DNA from: an uncultured Rhizobiaceae bacterium
GTDB lineage: Bacteria > Pseudomonadota > Alphaproteobacteria > CADEGL01
Direction: 5' to 3'
Length of the DNA stretch: 47,071 nucleotides
Assembly (NCBI GenBank): GCA_964477375.1
Contig: CAYZFH010000001.1
Location: 3,367-50,437, forward strand
Part shown: positions 17,225 through 29,173 of the stretch, one piece after another
Layout: the number at the start of each line of letters is the position of its first letter
Numbering within the stretch: position 1 is the stretch's first letter
Notes under the pieces: generated by a model
Seen by the model: the letters and a program-made list of their open reading frames with translations, nothing else
Told to the model about the DNA's origin: nothing
Databases searched by the model: none
Position numbers and translations under genes: made by a program

Positions 17225-18742
17225 CTACGGACGGATTCGCACCCGACGGAACAGAAGGGCAATCGGCGCGGCGCACAACGCCGCCACCATGATGACCGCG
17301 AAGGTCTGGTTGTAACCGATCATCCCCGCCTGGCGCAGGATTTCGGCGTGCATCGCCGAGATGCCCGAGGCGCGCCCCACGTCCCACAGGTCCGGCATCG
17401 TGTGAATCAGCGGGTTATAGGGCGAAACGAACTCGATCAGCATGGCCCGCGTGCTCTGGGTGTGGTTAGTCCAATAGGTCACCGTGCTGGCGATGCCGAT
17501 GCTCGAGCCTAGATTGACGAGCAGATAGAACAGCGGCACGGCCTGCGGCCGGTCCTCCGTCGCCACGGTGGCGAAGGCCAGCGTGTTGAAGGGGATGAAG
17601 GCCAGGGCGCAGCCGATGCCCTGGGTGACGGCCACGAACGCCACGTTCCACAGCGTGACGTCCGTCGACCAAAGCGACATCTCGAAGGCCGAAAAAGCGA
17701 TCAGCCCGAAGCCGCATACGGCCACGAGGCGCGGATCGGCATGCCGCATCAGGAACCCGGTCAGGACGCTGCCGGTCAGATAGCCGAGCTGCCTGGGCGT
17801 CAGCAGAAGGCCGATCATCTCGACCGGCAAGCCCCGGAAGTTCTGTAGCAGCAAAGGCAGCATCACCGTCGGCAAGGCCCACAGCATGCCGTAGATGAAG
17901 GCGCCGAGCAGCCCGATCACGTAGTTCCGGTCGCGGAACGGCTCGGGTTTCAGGAACGGGTTGTTGGCCGTCGCGGAGTGGGCGAGGAACAGATAAAGGC
18001 ACAGAACCGCGACGATGCATTCCACGACGATCTCGGTCGAGCCGAACCAGTCCAGCCGCGCGCCGCGGTTGAACAGAAGCTGGATCGCGCCCAGCCCCAT
18101 GATCAGGGTGATCAAGCCGAAAGTGTCCAGGCGCCGCGGCCGCTCGGTCGATTCGGACGGTACGACCGCGAGCGCTCCGATCAATCCCAGCACCGCCAGC
18201 GGCACGTTCATGTAGAAGACGGCCGGCCAGCCATACGCCTCGATCACGTAGCCCGCCAGAGGCGGCGCGATGATCGAGCCGGCCACGCTGCCGACGCTCC
18301 ACAGCATCAAGGCATGGCCGTATTTGGCGCGCGGATAGGCGTCGACCGCGATCACCTGCGAGAGCGGAATGATCATCGCGCCGTTAAGGCCGAGCAGAAA
18401 ACGCCACAGCACTTCTTCTTCGAGGGTATGCGCGTTGGCGCACAGGATGGTGATGACCAGGAACGCGCCGATGGAGAAGATGAACAGGCGCCTGCGGCCC
18501 ATCACCCCGGTCAGCCAGCCGACCAGCGTGATGGTCACGGTCGCGCCCACGATGAACGCCGTCACCACCCAGGCAATCTGGTCGGGCGTCGCCGAGAATG
18601 TACCCTGCATATGGGGCAGGGCGACGCTGACCACGGTCAGGTCGAGCGAGTACATGCTGGCCGCCAGCATGGTCGTGGCCATGACCAGCCGGCGCCGCAG
18701 GGCGGAATCGCCGCTGGCCGCTTTTGCGAGGCCGCGCATCAT
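17225..18742 (-). CDS. MFS transporter, DHA2 (EmrB/QacA-like, 14-TMS) family
   Basis: SLDLTVVSVALPHMQG, the motif GWLTGVMGRRRLF and about 14 helices. Start is taken at ATGATG 18742. The ORF track's 18796 ATG lacks any RBS but cannot be excluded. Confidence 0.8.
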   Translation of the reverse strand: MMRGLAKAASGDSALRRRLVMATTMLAASMYSLDLTVVSVALPHMQGTFSATPDQIAWVVTAFIVGATVTITLVGWLTGVMGRRRLFIFSIGAFLVITILCANAHTLEEEVLWRFLLGLNGAMIIPLSQVIAVDAYPRAKYGHALMLWSVGSVAGSIIAPPLAGYVIEAYGWPAVFYMNVPLAVLGLIGALAVVPSESTERPRRLDTFGLITLIMGLGAIQLLFNRGARLDWFGSTEIVVECIVAVLCLYLFLAHSATANNPFLKPEPFRDRNYVIGLLGAFIYGMLWALPTVMLPLLLQNFRGLPVEMIGLLLTPRQLGYLTGSVLTGFLMRHADPRLVAVCGFGLIAFSAFEMSLWSTDVTLWNVAFVAVTQGIGCALAFIPFNTLAFATVATEDRPQAVPLFYLLVNLGSSIGIASTVTYWTNHTQSTRAMLIEFVSPYNPLIHTMPDLWDVGRASGISAMHAEILRQAGMIGYNQTFAVIMVAALCAAPIALLFRRVRIRP

Positions 18743-18933
18743 GGCCGGGTCGCTCGGTCCTCTTTCGACGGCCGGCGGATGGGGCCGGCGGCGCATTGTG
18801 GCGGCGGCGGCGGAGATGCGCCATCGCCGCCTACGACGAAAGTCGGCTTGCCCTCGGCTTTGAAATATCGCCTTATATCTGCGGCTTAGAAGCCTTCCTC
18901 GATATCCGGGGGTGGGCCAAACGTCGGGGCCGG

Positions 18934-20901
<1,968 letters not shown>

Positions 20902-20931
20902 TACGCGGAAAGCGGCGATGGCGTTCGCGCG

Positions 20932-23463
20932 ATGACGACCACGGTTGAAACGGCGCAATCCGGTAAGCGGGGCCGCTTGGCCTGGCTGCGCGGCCGACTC
21001 GCGAACCGGCCGGACAGCGAGCACGAACAGGCCGTCATCCGCGTCGTCATCGTCAGCCTGCTGGCGCTCTATTTTTACATCCTGGACGACGGCACGACTC
21101 TCGTGGGCGTCGACTACCACGCGGGCTTCCTGTTCGCCTGCTTCTATCTCGCAACTGCCGTCCTGATTGTCGGCATGATCGTCGCGCGGCCGGGCAAGTC
21201 GGTCGCGCGCCGCATCTTCGCCATGGTGGGCGATCAGACGACCTTGTCGGTCCTCATGTATTTCGGCGGCGAGGCGGGTGCGGGCATCTACCCGATCTAT
21301 CTCTGGATCACCCTCGGCTACGGCTTCCGCTACGGTGTCGCGTATCTGCGCCCCGCGGCGCTGTTCAGCATCCTCGGCTTCCTCGCCGTCACGCTGACCA
21401 ACGAGTATTGGAGCATCAGCCATCCGCTTTCGATCGGCCTTCTTTTGGCGCTGGTCGTGCTGCCCGCCTATGTCAGCACGCTGATCAAGAAGCTGACCGA
21501 GGCCAAGGCGCTGGCCGAGGACGCCAACCAGGCCAAGAGCCGCTTCCTGGCCAACATGAGCCACGAGCTGCGCACACCGTTGAACGCCATCATCGGCATG
21601 AGCGACCTTCTGCGCGGCACCACGCTCGACGCCGAACAGCGCGACATGACGCACACGATCGGCAGCTCCGGCCGCCAGCTCTTGTCGCTGATCGACGACA
21701 TCCTCGATCTCTCAAAGATCGAAGCGCAGAAATACGCGGTCGAGGTTTCCGATTTCGATCTCCACGCGGAGATGGCGGATCTTTTGTCGATCGTGCAGCC
21801 CCAGGCCGCGGGCAAGGGCTTGGACCTGCGCGTCCATTTCACGGCCCACACGCCCCATGCCCTGCGCGGCGATATCCGCCATTTGCGCCAGGTGCTGATG
21901 AACTTCCTATCGAACGCGGTGAAGTTCACCGAACGCGGCCACGTCGTCCTGTCGGTCGACGCGGTCGACACGCAGGGCGACAAGGCCGTGCTTCTGTTCC
22001 GCGTGATCGATTCGGGTATCGGCATCCGGCCCGAGGACCGGCAGCGCATCTTCGACAGCTTCACCCAGGCCGACGACGCCACCAACCGCCGCTATGGCGG
22101 CACGGGGCTGGGCCTGGCCATCGCAAAGCAGCTCGCGGGTCTTCTGGGCGGCGAGATCGGCGTCGAAAGCATGGTGGGCGAGGGCAGCACCTTCTGGATC
22201 AAGTTGCCCGTCGCCATGCGTGCGGAGGCCGCCGCCGCCGCGCTGGAAGGCCGCGCCCTCGTGCTTACGGCCGACGGCGCTCTGGCCGGCGAACTGCTGC
22301 CCCTGGTCGAGCGCGTGGGCATGGAGTCCGCCCTGGCCCCGACCGCCAGCAAGGCCATCGAGGAGGCCACGGGCGCAGCCGCCGCGGGCATGGCTTACCG
22401 GGTCGTTCTCGTCGATGCGCGCGCGCCGGGGGTCGAGGCCCACGGCATCGTCGATGCGGTCCGGGCAAGCGACCGCACCTGCCAGTTCATCCTGTTGCGC
22501 GGAACTGCTGGCGAGGCCGTGATCCGCGGGTATGTCGCGAGCGTGCCCGTGCCGCTCGCGGCTGAATCGATCGAGAACGCGCTGCGCGCCGCGGCGTCGT
22601 TCGATCCCGCCCGCCACGCCGCGACCTTGGTTCGCGCCGCCCTGCCGCGCCGCGCGCTGCGCGTGCTGATCGCCGAGGACAATCCGGTCAACCGCAAGGT
22701 GACGGCCAAGATCCTGGAGAAAGGCGGTCATATCCCGGTTCTGGTCGGCACCGCCGACGAGGCGCTCGACCTCTTGGACGCCGAGCCGTTCGATGTCGTG
22801 CTGATGGACGTCAACATGCCGGGCACCAGCGGGCTCGACGCGGTCAAGCTATACCGGATGGCGCATCTCGATGAGCGGCGCCTGCCTTTCATTGCGCTGA
22901 CCGCCGACGCCACGCCCGAGGCGCGCAAGCGCTGCGAGGATGCGGGCATGGACGCCTATCTGACCAAGCCGGTCGATACCGCGCGCTTGCTGGCGACGAT
23001 CGAAGCGCTGGCCGCTTCAGCCGAGGCGCCCGCCGAGGCCGATGCGGGCCGGGTGGCCGACATCACCAAGCACCCGCGCTTTCAAAGCGAGGCGCAGCCC
23101 GTGGTGGATTTCCGCGCGCTGGACGAATTGCACGCGCTGGGGCAGGGGGGCGCGTTCGTGGCCGAGGTGATCGATGATTTCATCGCCGATGCCGAACAGG
23201 TGATCGACGATCTGCGCGCCGCCGTGGCCGCCGACGATGTCCCGGCCTTCCGCGACAGTCTCCACGCCCTGCGTAGCAGCGCCGCCAATGTGGGCGCTGT
23301 GCGCTTGCATCGCGTCTGCTCGGGCTTCGACCGTCGCGGGGCGGCTTCGCTCCGCGGCGAGGGCGCCGATCAAGCCGGACAGATCGCTGAGGAGTTCGCG
23401 CGCTACCGCTCGGTGGTCGCGCGCCATCTGGCCGAACGCTACGGACGCTCGCACCCCTCCTGA
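20932..23463 (+). CDS. rpfC: RpfC-type hybrid sensor kinase: 5-6 TM input, HisKA, HATPase, degenerate receiver-like insert, REC, HPt
   Basis: 843 aa. NRPDSEHE motif then hydrophobic helices, as I recall for RpfC input domains. H211 in [21 protein letters not shown]-box [12 protein letters not shown] with D625 ([13 protein letters not shown]) and HPt H778 ([12 protein letters not shown]). The gene symbol is assigned by architecture and context only. Confidence 0.8.
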   Translation: MTTTVETAQSGKRGRLAWLRGRLANRPDSEHEQAVIRVVIVSLLALYFYILDDGTTLVGVDYHAGFLFACFYLATAVLIVGMIVARPGKSVARRIFAMVGDQTTLSVLMYFGGEAGAGIYPIYLWITLGYGFRYGVAYLRPAALFSILGFLAVTLTNEYWSISHPLSIGLLLALVVLPAYVSTLIKKLTEAKALAEDANQAKSRFLANMSHELRTPLNAIIGMSDLLRGTTLDAEQRDMTHTIGSSGRQLLSLIDDILDLSKIEAQKYAVEVSDFDLHAEMADLLSIVQPQAAGKGLDLRVHFTAHTPHALRGDIRHLRQVLMNFLSNAVKFTERGHVVLSVDAVDTQGDKAVLLFRVIDSGIGIRPEDRQRIFDSFTQADDATNRRYGGTGLGLAIAKQLAGLLGGEIGVESMVGEGSTFWIKLPVAMRAEAAAAALEGRALVLTADGALAGELLPLVERVGMESALAPTASKAIEEATGAAAAGMAYRVVLVDARAPGVEAHGIVDAVRASDRTCQFILLRGTAGEAVIRGYVASVPVPLAAESIENALRAAASFDPARHAATLVRAALPRRALRVLIAEDNPVNRKVTAKILEKGGHIPVLVGTADEALDLLDAEPFDVVLMDVNMPGTSGLDAVKLYRMAHLDERRLPFIALTADATPEARKRCEDAGMDAYLTKPVDTARLLATIEALAASAEAPAEADAGRVADITKHPRFQSEAQPVVDFRALDELHALGQGGAFVAEVIDDFIADAEQVIDDLRAAVAADDVPAFRDSLHALRSSAANVGAVRLHRVCSGFDRRGAASLRGEGADQAGQIAEEFARYRSVVARHLAERYGRSHPS

Positions 23464-23513
23464 CGGCGGGAGCCGCCCGGCCCCCGCCCGCTCAGCCTTA
23501 GTTGCCGCCAGCT

Positions 23514-24482
23514 TCAGTTGCTAATGGAAGCCCAGCGCCGGTCCTGCGCCGCGGCCAGACGCTCCATCTTCCGCAGATCGCTGTTCTCGAGCGTCAGCGC
23601 CGTCTCGACCCACAAGTCGGTGACGTCCAGCAGCTCCTGATGCGAGACCGGGCTGACCATGCGGCGCACCTTGTACACCGCGCGGTGGGCATTGAAGCTG
23701 CGGTCGCGCTGCTCGACGAAGTCATAGACCGCTTCCTCGCCCTGGCCATCCGGCGCGACCACATCGATCACGTCCAGCGCCTTCAGCTCCTCCGCGGAAT
23801 AGATGCGTCCGGACAGGATCATTTCCTCCGCGCGCGCCGGGCCGATGCGGCGGCCCAACAGGCTGTAAGCACCCATGCCGGGGAACAGGTTGAACAGGAT
23901 TTCCGGCAGGCCGAACTTGGCGCTTTTCTCGGCCACGATGACGTCGGCGGCCAGCGCGCATTCGAAGCCGCCGCCGAGCGCGTCGCCCTGGACCAGCGAG
24001 ATGCTGACCACGGGCGCGTTCATGTTGATCGCCCGCGCGTACTGTACGTCGATGCAGGCATGGGCATAGCGGCGGAGGCCGGCGCGGTCCTTAGCGCGGA
24101 TCTGCTCCACGAACAGCGGCAGGTCGCCGCCCAGGTTGAAGATGCCGGGCATGCGCGACGCCATCACGACATATCGCATCGGCGCCTCGCCCGCGTTTGC
24201 GTCCTCGGCGAAGGTGGATTCGACCCAGCGCTGGGCCGTGCGCATGTCGGACAGAAGCCCCATGGTGAAGCTCGGGCGTCCCGCGGGCTTCATGTGCTGC
24301 CACAAGATGCGCGCGGGCGCGTCGAGCCGCACGTCAAGCTCGGCCAGTTGCCCGGCCTCGCCCAGTTCGGGCGCGGGCGAGGGGCGCGGCTGGATGGCTA
24401 GGTTTCCGGCGTATTCCAGTTTGCGGGACGCGGGCCGCCTTGCTGGCGCGAACGCGTGGATGGTCTGCTTGGTTTCGCTCAT
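23514..24482 (-). CDS. rpfF: RpfF-type DSF (cis-2-enoic acid signal) synthase, crotonase superfamily
   Basis: 322 aa from ATG 24482 with AAGGAGA RBS. The core IFNLGGDLPLF...ISLVQGDALGGGFE(174)...FGLPE(194)ILFNLFPGMGAYS...IYSAEEL...LWVETAL...LRKMERLAAAQ closely follows Xanthomonas RpfF as I remember it, including both catalytic Glu with identical 20-residue spacing. Confidence 0.8.
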   Translation of the reverse strand: MSETKQTIHAFAPARRPASRKLEYAGNLAIQPRPSPAPELGEAGQLAELDVRLDAPARILWQHMKPAGRPSFTMGLLSDMRTAQRWVESTFAEDANAGEAPMRYVVMASRMPGIFNLGGDLPLFVEQIRAKDRAGLRRYAHACIDVQYARAINMNAPVVSISLVQGDALGGGFECALAADVIVAEKSAKFGLPEILFNLFPGMGAYSLLGRRIGPARAEEMILSGRIYSAEELKALDVIDVVAPDGQGEEAVYDFVEQRDRSFNAHRAVYKVRRMVSPVSHQELLDVTDLWVETALTLENSDLRKMERLAAAQDRRWASISN

Positions 24483-24682
24483 GATCGTCTCCTTGGGAAC
24501 CGGGACGGGGGCGAAGATGAATGCCCCCTGCCAAAAAGATGCGCGCCGCATTTGACAGGCGCAATACGGCCTATACGTCCGACGGGTTTGCCGCGGTTGC
24601 AAAAGTGGTCCCAGGCGCTTGGCCCCATGCCCGTCCAGCGGCTAAGCTGCGGGCCCGCAAAGGGAAATAAGGGGAGTCTCCC

Positions 24683-26392
24683 GTGCAATACGACTACGTC
24701 ATCATCGGCGGCGGGTCCGCCGGTTGCGTGCTCGCGAACCGCCTGTCGGAAAACGCGAACAAGACCGTGTGTCTGATCGAGGCTGGGCCGAACGAGTCGC
24801 CCGAGCACATGCCGCAGTCGCTCTACGAGGCATCCTTCCTGCCCGACTATTTCGAGGACAAGCGGTACTGGACCAAGCTCGAAGCCTTCATGGACCCGAT
24901 CGGCAACAAGTCGGTCGACGAGCTCGCGGCCACGGGCAAGGCGCGCCGCTACGAGCAGGCGCGAGTGATCGGCGGCGGCTCGGCCGTGAACGGCCAGGTC
25001 GCGATCCGCGGCATCCCCTCCGACTACGACGAATGGGCGTCACTCGGCGCCGACGGCTGGACCTTCAAGGAGGTGCTGCCCTATTTCAACAAGCTCGAGC
25101 ACGATCAGGATTTCGACGGCCCCTATCACGGCAAACAGGGGCGCATTCCCATCCACCGCATCTTCCCGCAAGATTGGGGCGGTCTGTCGCTGGCCTTCCG
25201 CGACGCGGTCGGCGCGCGCGGCATTCCCTATTACGACGATTGCCACGCCAATTTCGTCGACGGCTGTTTCCCCTTCACGCGCAACAACGCCTATCTGCAC
25301 CGCGTGTCGACCAACACCGGCTATCTCGACGGCGCCACGCGGCAGCGCAAGAACCTTCACATCAGCGGACACAGTTTCGTCGACTCCCTCGTCTTCGAGG
25401 GCAACCGTGTCGTGGGCGCGCGGGTGCGCCGGGGCGGCCAGACGGATGTGATAAAAGGCCGCGAGGTGATCGTCTCCTGCGGCGCCATCCATTCGCCCGC
25501 CATGCTGATGCGCGCGGGCATCGGTCCGGCCGACCATCTGAAAGAACGCGGCGTCGCGGTGCGCGTCGACCGGCCGGGCGTGGGCTCGAACCTGCAGGAC
25601 CATCCGCTGATCGGTTACGGCCTGCACTTGAAGCCCGAGGGCCGCATGGCTGAGACCTTGCGCTGCAACTTCATGTTGCATATGCGCTGGTCGTCCAAGT
25701 TCGAGGGCTGCACGCCCATGGACATGAAGCTGTCGGTCTCGAACCGCTTCTCATGGAGCAAAATGGGCCAGCAGATCGCGACCATCCAGTTCGGCGCCAA
25801 CAAGGCCTATTCCAAGGGCTTCGTGCGGTTGAAGACCACTTCGCCGGACGACGAGCCGATCGTGGCCTTCAACCTCCTGTCCGATCCGCGCGATCTGCAG
25901 CGGACGATGTGGGCCGCGCGCTTCGTTTACGACGTGCTGATGAACAAGCCGGTCAAGGACATGTATCACTCCGCCTGGCCGGGTATTTACGCCGACTCCG
26001 TCCGCAACCTGCAGCCGGAGACGGGTATCAACAAGTTCATCACCAACATGGCCGCGAAGCTGCTCGACCTGGGCGGTCCGGCGCGCGACTTCGTCATCAA
26101 CCAGGCCGTTGACAAGCGCTTCGACCTGCACGAGATCCAGAAGAACGAAAAGCTGATGGAGGAATGGATCCGCGCGGGCGTGCAGGGTGACTGGCATGCC
26201 TGCGGCACCTGCCGCATGGGCCGCAAGGACGACCGCATGGCGGTGACCGACCCGCACGGCCGCGTCTACGGTGTCGAAGGCCTACGCGTGGTCGATGCCT
26301 CGATCATGCCGTCGGTGCCCTGCGCCAACACCAACATCTCGACGATCATGATCGGCGAGAAGATGTCCGACCACATCAAGGCGGCGGGCTGA
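24683..26392 (+). CDS. GMC-family FAD oxidoreductase (choline/alcohol dehydrogenase-like)
   Basis: 569 aa. N-terminus YDYVIIGGGSAGCVLANRLSE. C-terminal GMC signature HACGTCRMG and the active-site region GLRVVDASIMP. GTG start with AAGGGGAG RBS. Confidence 0.9.
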   Translation: MQYDYVIIGGGSAGCVLANRLSENANKTVCLIEAGPNESPEHMPQSLYEASFLPDYFEDKRYWTKLEAFMDPIGNKSVDELAATGKARRYEQARVIGGGSAVNGQVAIRGIPSDYDEWASLGADGWTFKEVLPYFNKLEHDQDFDGPYHGKQGRIPIHRIFPQDWGGLSLAFRDAVGARGIPYYDDCHANFVDGCFPFTRNNAYLHRVSTNTGYLDGATRQRKNLHISGHSFVDSLVFEGNRVVGARVRRGGQTDVIKGREVIVSCGAIHSPAMLMRAGIGPADHLKERGVAVRVDRPGVGSNLQDHPLIGYGLHLKPEGRMAETLRCNFMLHMRWSSKFEGCTPMDMKLSVSNRFSWSKMGQQIATIQFGANKAYSKGFVRLKTTSPDDEPIVAFNLLSDPRDLQRTMWAARFVYDVLMNKPVKDMYHSAWPGIYADSVRNLQPETGINKFITNMAAKLLDLGGPARDFVINQAVDKRFDLHEIQKNEKLMEEWIRAGVQGDWHACGTCRMGRKDDRMAVTDPHGRVYGVEGLRVVDASIMPSVPCANTNISTIMIGEKMSDHIKAAG

Positions 26393-26402
26393 CGGAGGCC
26401 GG

Positions 26403-26765
26403 ATGGCGGCGGTTGCGGCGGAACGGTCGAGCGGAACACTGATCGCGGGCGTCCTTGCGGCGCTCGTGGTCGTGGCCGCCGCGCTGGCCGTCCGCTTCAT
26501 CATCATCGAGGGCCAGATGGCCCAGGCCTGCATCGCGATGACGCCGCCGTCCTGGTGCGCGGCGCGCAATTCGCTGGTGCAGTTTTTCCGCGCTGAGGGC
26601 TTCGGGTACGCGGCGCTGGCCGCCGGCATCCTGGCGCATCTGTTCGGCGGCAAGCCCGCGGCCATCGTGGCGCTGATCGTGGGGGCGGCAGGGCTGGTGC
26701 TCTACAACACCGGCTTGGCGTCGGTCGCCGTCCTGCTCGGCCTGCTGCGTCTCGTCCGGCCCTAG
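26403..26765 (+). CDS. Small integral membrane protein (hypothetical)
   Basis: 120 aa with 3-4 hydrophobic helices. GGAGG RBS 5 nt upstream, 10 nt after the GMC stop. The 3' end overlaps the convergent ndvC-like stop by 4 nt. Confidence 0.55.
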   Translation: MAAVAAERSSGTLIAGVLAALVVVAAALAVRFIIIEGQMAQACIAMTPPSWCAARNSLVQFFRAEGFGYAALAAGILAHLFGGKPAAIVALIVGAAGLVLYNTGLASVAVLLGLLRLVRP

Positions 26766-28399
26766 GCGCGCTTCCGCAAACCGAGCCAGGGCCAGGCCAG
26801 GACCAGGCACGTCACGGTCCAGCCCCAGGCCTGCCAGTTCTCGAACCCTTCGCGCACACCGCCCACCACGGCCGCTGCGGCCAGGAGCCACGCCAGCCAG
26901 CGTTCCTCCGCGCGCCCCGGCGCGAGCCGCGAATCGGCGGCCAGGAAGCCGATCGCCGGGATCAGGAATGCGACGGTCGGGAAATCGCGGTAGCGCGGAT
27001 CGAACACGAGGGCCAGCGCGATGGCGGTCGCGGCGAACACCGATGCGCCGTGCAGGACGCCGAGCCACAGCGACGGCGTGAAGGGCGCCGCCCAGAAATG
27101 GCGCGGCCACGCCAACACATCGCGCAAGGGCGCCGCGCGGTAGCCGTCGCCTGCATAGCGCCAGAACAGCGCGCCGCGCGCGGCATGGCGCAGCAAAGTC
27201 CAGGCTGTCGCCAGCGACAAGGCGATGCCCGCGATGCCGAAGCCCCAGTCGCGTAACGTGACGCTGGTGATCGCGACGAAGCGTGCCTGCACGACGGCGA
27301 TGCAGCCCGCCGCGACGGCGGCGAATGTGAAGACCAGCCATTCGCCGGTTGAAAAGCGCCGGCCGCGGCGCAGCGCGTAGAGGACCGGCAGCGCGCCAAG
27401 GACCAGCGAGACCGCGAGCCGTTTGAGCCAGAAGGCGTCGCCGCCGGCAGGCCCGATGAAGGGGAACTTGGCTTGGCGCGCGGTGTCATAGAGGCCCCAA
27501 TAGCCGCCGACCGTGCCTTCCTGCGCGCGCTTCCACGATTGGTCGAAGGCTTCGATCACGTTGTAGTCGATGCCCCTGGCCTCGGCGAGATTGACGAAGC
27601 CGCGGATGAAACGCGCCTGGTTGGCGGGGCTGGGCCGCGCGGCCTCGCGCATGCGCCCTTCGCTTGGCCAGCCCGTTTCGCCGATCAGAAGTTTCTTGTT
27701 GGGGAACTTGCCCTGCACGATCGACAGGATGTTGGCGATGTGGTCGACCGCATGGTCGATGCCGATCGGCTCGTCCTCCCAATAGGGCAGGATGTGGATG
27801 GTCACGAAATCCGCCGCTTCGGCCAGTTGCGGATTGCGGATCCAGAACTCCCACACATCGGCATAGGTGACGGGCACTTTGGTCGCCTGCCGCGCCCGGT
27901 TCATCATCGCGGCCAGCGCTTCGGGCGGCTGCTCCTGGCGCAGAAGCGTCTCGTTGCCGATGACCAGCGCCCGCACCGTGTCGGGATAGGCATTGGCTAG
28001 TTCGATCACCTCTTGCAGCTCGCGCGCGTTGCGGTCGGCCTCGCGGCCGATCCAGGCGCCCACGATGACTTTGATACCGAGCTTCTGTGCAAGGCGCGGG
28101 ATCGCGTCCTGGCCATGGGCCGTGGAATAGGTGCGCACGCAATCGAAGCGTTCCGCCAGATAGCGCAGGTCGGCTTCCATCTGCGCGGGCGGGATCATCA
28201 GTTCCGGATCGGCCGGCGTCTGCCAGCCCTGGAACGGCGCGTAGGATACGCAGCGCAGCTTGGCGGTCGGCGCGTCGGGAATTCCCGCGACCGGCTGGCC
28301 CTCGAACCACCAGCCGACGGCGGCGGCGAATGCGGCCAGCAGGAACGCAAGCGCGCCGATCCAGCGCGGCCGGAAGCCTTGCGCCTGTTGCTCCGCCAT
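26762..28399 (-). CDS. ndvC: NdvC-like beta-glucan glycosyl hydrolase/transferase (GH17 domain + C-terminal multi-pass membrane domain)
   Basis: 545 aa from ATG 28399. N-terminal anchor, GH17 catalytic motifs (LVIGNETL, LLIGETGWPS), then about 6 C-terminal helices, matching the Bradyrhizobium NdvC plan. The ORF-track extension to 29047 overlaps exoD in another frame and is rejected. Confidence 0.75.
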   Translation of the reverse strand: MAEQQAQGFRPRWIGALAFLLAAFAAAVGWWFEGQPVAGIPDAPTAKLRCVSYAPFQGWQTPADPELMIPPAQMEADLRYLAERFDCVRTYSTAHGQDAIPRLAQKLGIKVIVGAWIGREADRNARELQEVIELANAYPDTVRALVIGNETLLRQEQPPEALAAMMNRARQATKVPVTYADVWEFWIRNPQLAEAADFVTIHILPYWEDEPIGIDHAVDHIANILSIVQGKFPNKKLLIGETGWPSEGRMREAARPSPANQARFIRGFVNLAEARGIDYNVIEAFDQSWKRAQEGTVGGYWGLYDTARQAKFPFIGPAGGDAFWLKRLAVSLVLGALPVLYALRRGRRFSTGEWLVFTFAAVAAGCIAVVQARFVAITSVTLRDWGFGIAGIALSLATAWTLLRHAARGALFWRYAGDGYRAAPLRDVLAWPRHFWAAPFTPSLWLGVLHGASVFAATAIALALVFDPRYRDFPTVAFLIPAIGFLAADSRLAPGRAEERWLAWLLAAAAVVGGVREGFENWQAWGWTVTCLVLAWPWLGLRKRA

Positions 28400-29016
28400 C
28401 ACCAGACCTGGAGCTGTTGGAAGAAACGGGTCACGGCATAGAAGCCGGTGCCCACGATGGCGGCGAAGACGGCAAGCGCCACGGCGCTGGCCAAGACGCC
28501 GGCCAGCACCGTCACGCCGTCGGCTTCGATCAGCCCGAGCGAGACGATGGCGATGCCGATGGCGGGCAGAAGATTGGCGCCCACGAGAGGCAGCAGCAGC
28601 ACGAAGCCCAGCACGACCAAGAGAAGGCCGAGCAGCCGTTCGGCCAGCCCCTGCGGCGTCACGGTCAGGCGCGGCTTGCAGTAGCGCTCGAAGCGTTCGA
28701 TGGACGGGCGCACCCGGTCGGCCATGCGTTTGAAGTCGGCGCGGCGCACATCGCGCGCGAGCAGTTTCCGGGGCAGCCACGGGCGCTTTTGGCCCAACAT
28801 CATCTGGCCGGCCGTGATCACGATCAGCATGCCGAACAGCGAGGAGATGCCGGGCAGGGGGATCATGTTGGGCAGCGCCCAGATGAACAGGATGACGCCG
28901 AAGCCCCGGTCGCCCAACTCCTCCGCCAGATCGGCGAAGGACAGGCGATCTTCGGGATGGCCTTCGTCCGCGATGCGCCGCAGAAGCGTGGAAATGCGTT
29001 CGTGATGCGGTCGCAT
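28399..29016 (-). CDS. exoD: ExoD-family exopolysaccharide synthesis protein
   Basis: 205 aa from ATG 29016. LSFADLAEELGDRGFGVILFIWALPNMIPLPGISS...LPRKLL is typical of ExoD. Its TGA shares one nt with the ndvC-like ATG (TGATG). Confidence 0.8.
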   Translation of the reverse strand: MRPHHERISTLLRRIADEGHPEDRLSFADLAEELGDRGFGVILFIWALPNMIPLPGISSLFGMLIVITAGQMMLGQKRPWLPRKLLARDVRRADFKRMADRVRPSIERFERYCKPRLTVTPQGLAERLLGLLLVVLGFVLLLPLVGANLLPAIGIAIVSLGLIEADGVTVLAGVLASAVALAVFAAIVGTGFYAVTRFFQQLQVW

Positions 29017-29173
29017 GGACGGCGAAAACTCCCAACAGGTTGGCCATAAAGACCCCACCGGGCGGCGGGCGTCAATCGCGCGAAAGGCCGTTTTTTCGCC
29101 AGATTCCGCGTGTCGGGCCTTGAAGGTTCGGGGCCGCTGTTGGAAACATGGGCGGCCAACCGAGGGGACCCCC

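Noticed and set aside
24552-24577. TTGACA ... TATACG sigma70-like promoter between rpfF-like and GMC genes
   Set aside because: The spacer is only 14 nt, too short for a functional -35/-10 pair. It is kept only as a chance match.
28400-29047. Upstream extension of the ndvC-like ORF (761-aa version), and the 283-aa version of exoD up to 29250
   Set aside because: The extension overlaps exoD in another frame and translates to Arg/Pro/Gly-rich sequence. The GH17 protein begins naturally at MAEQQAQGF with an N-terminal anchor. ExoD homology begins at MRPHHERIS (ATG 29016).
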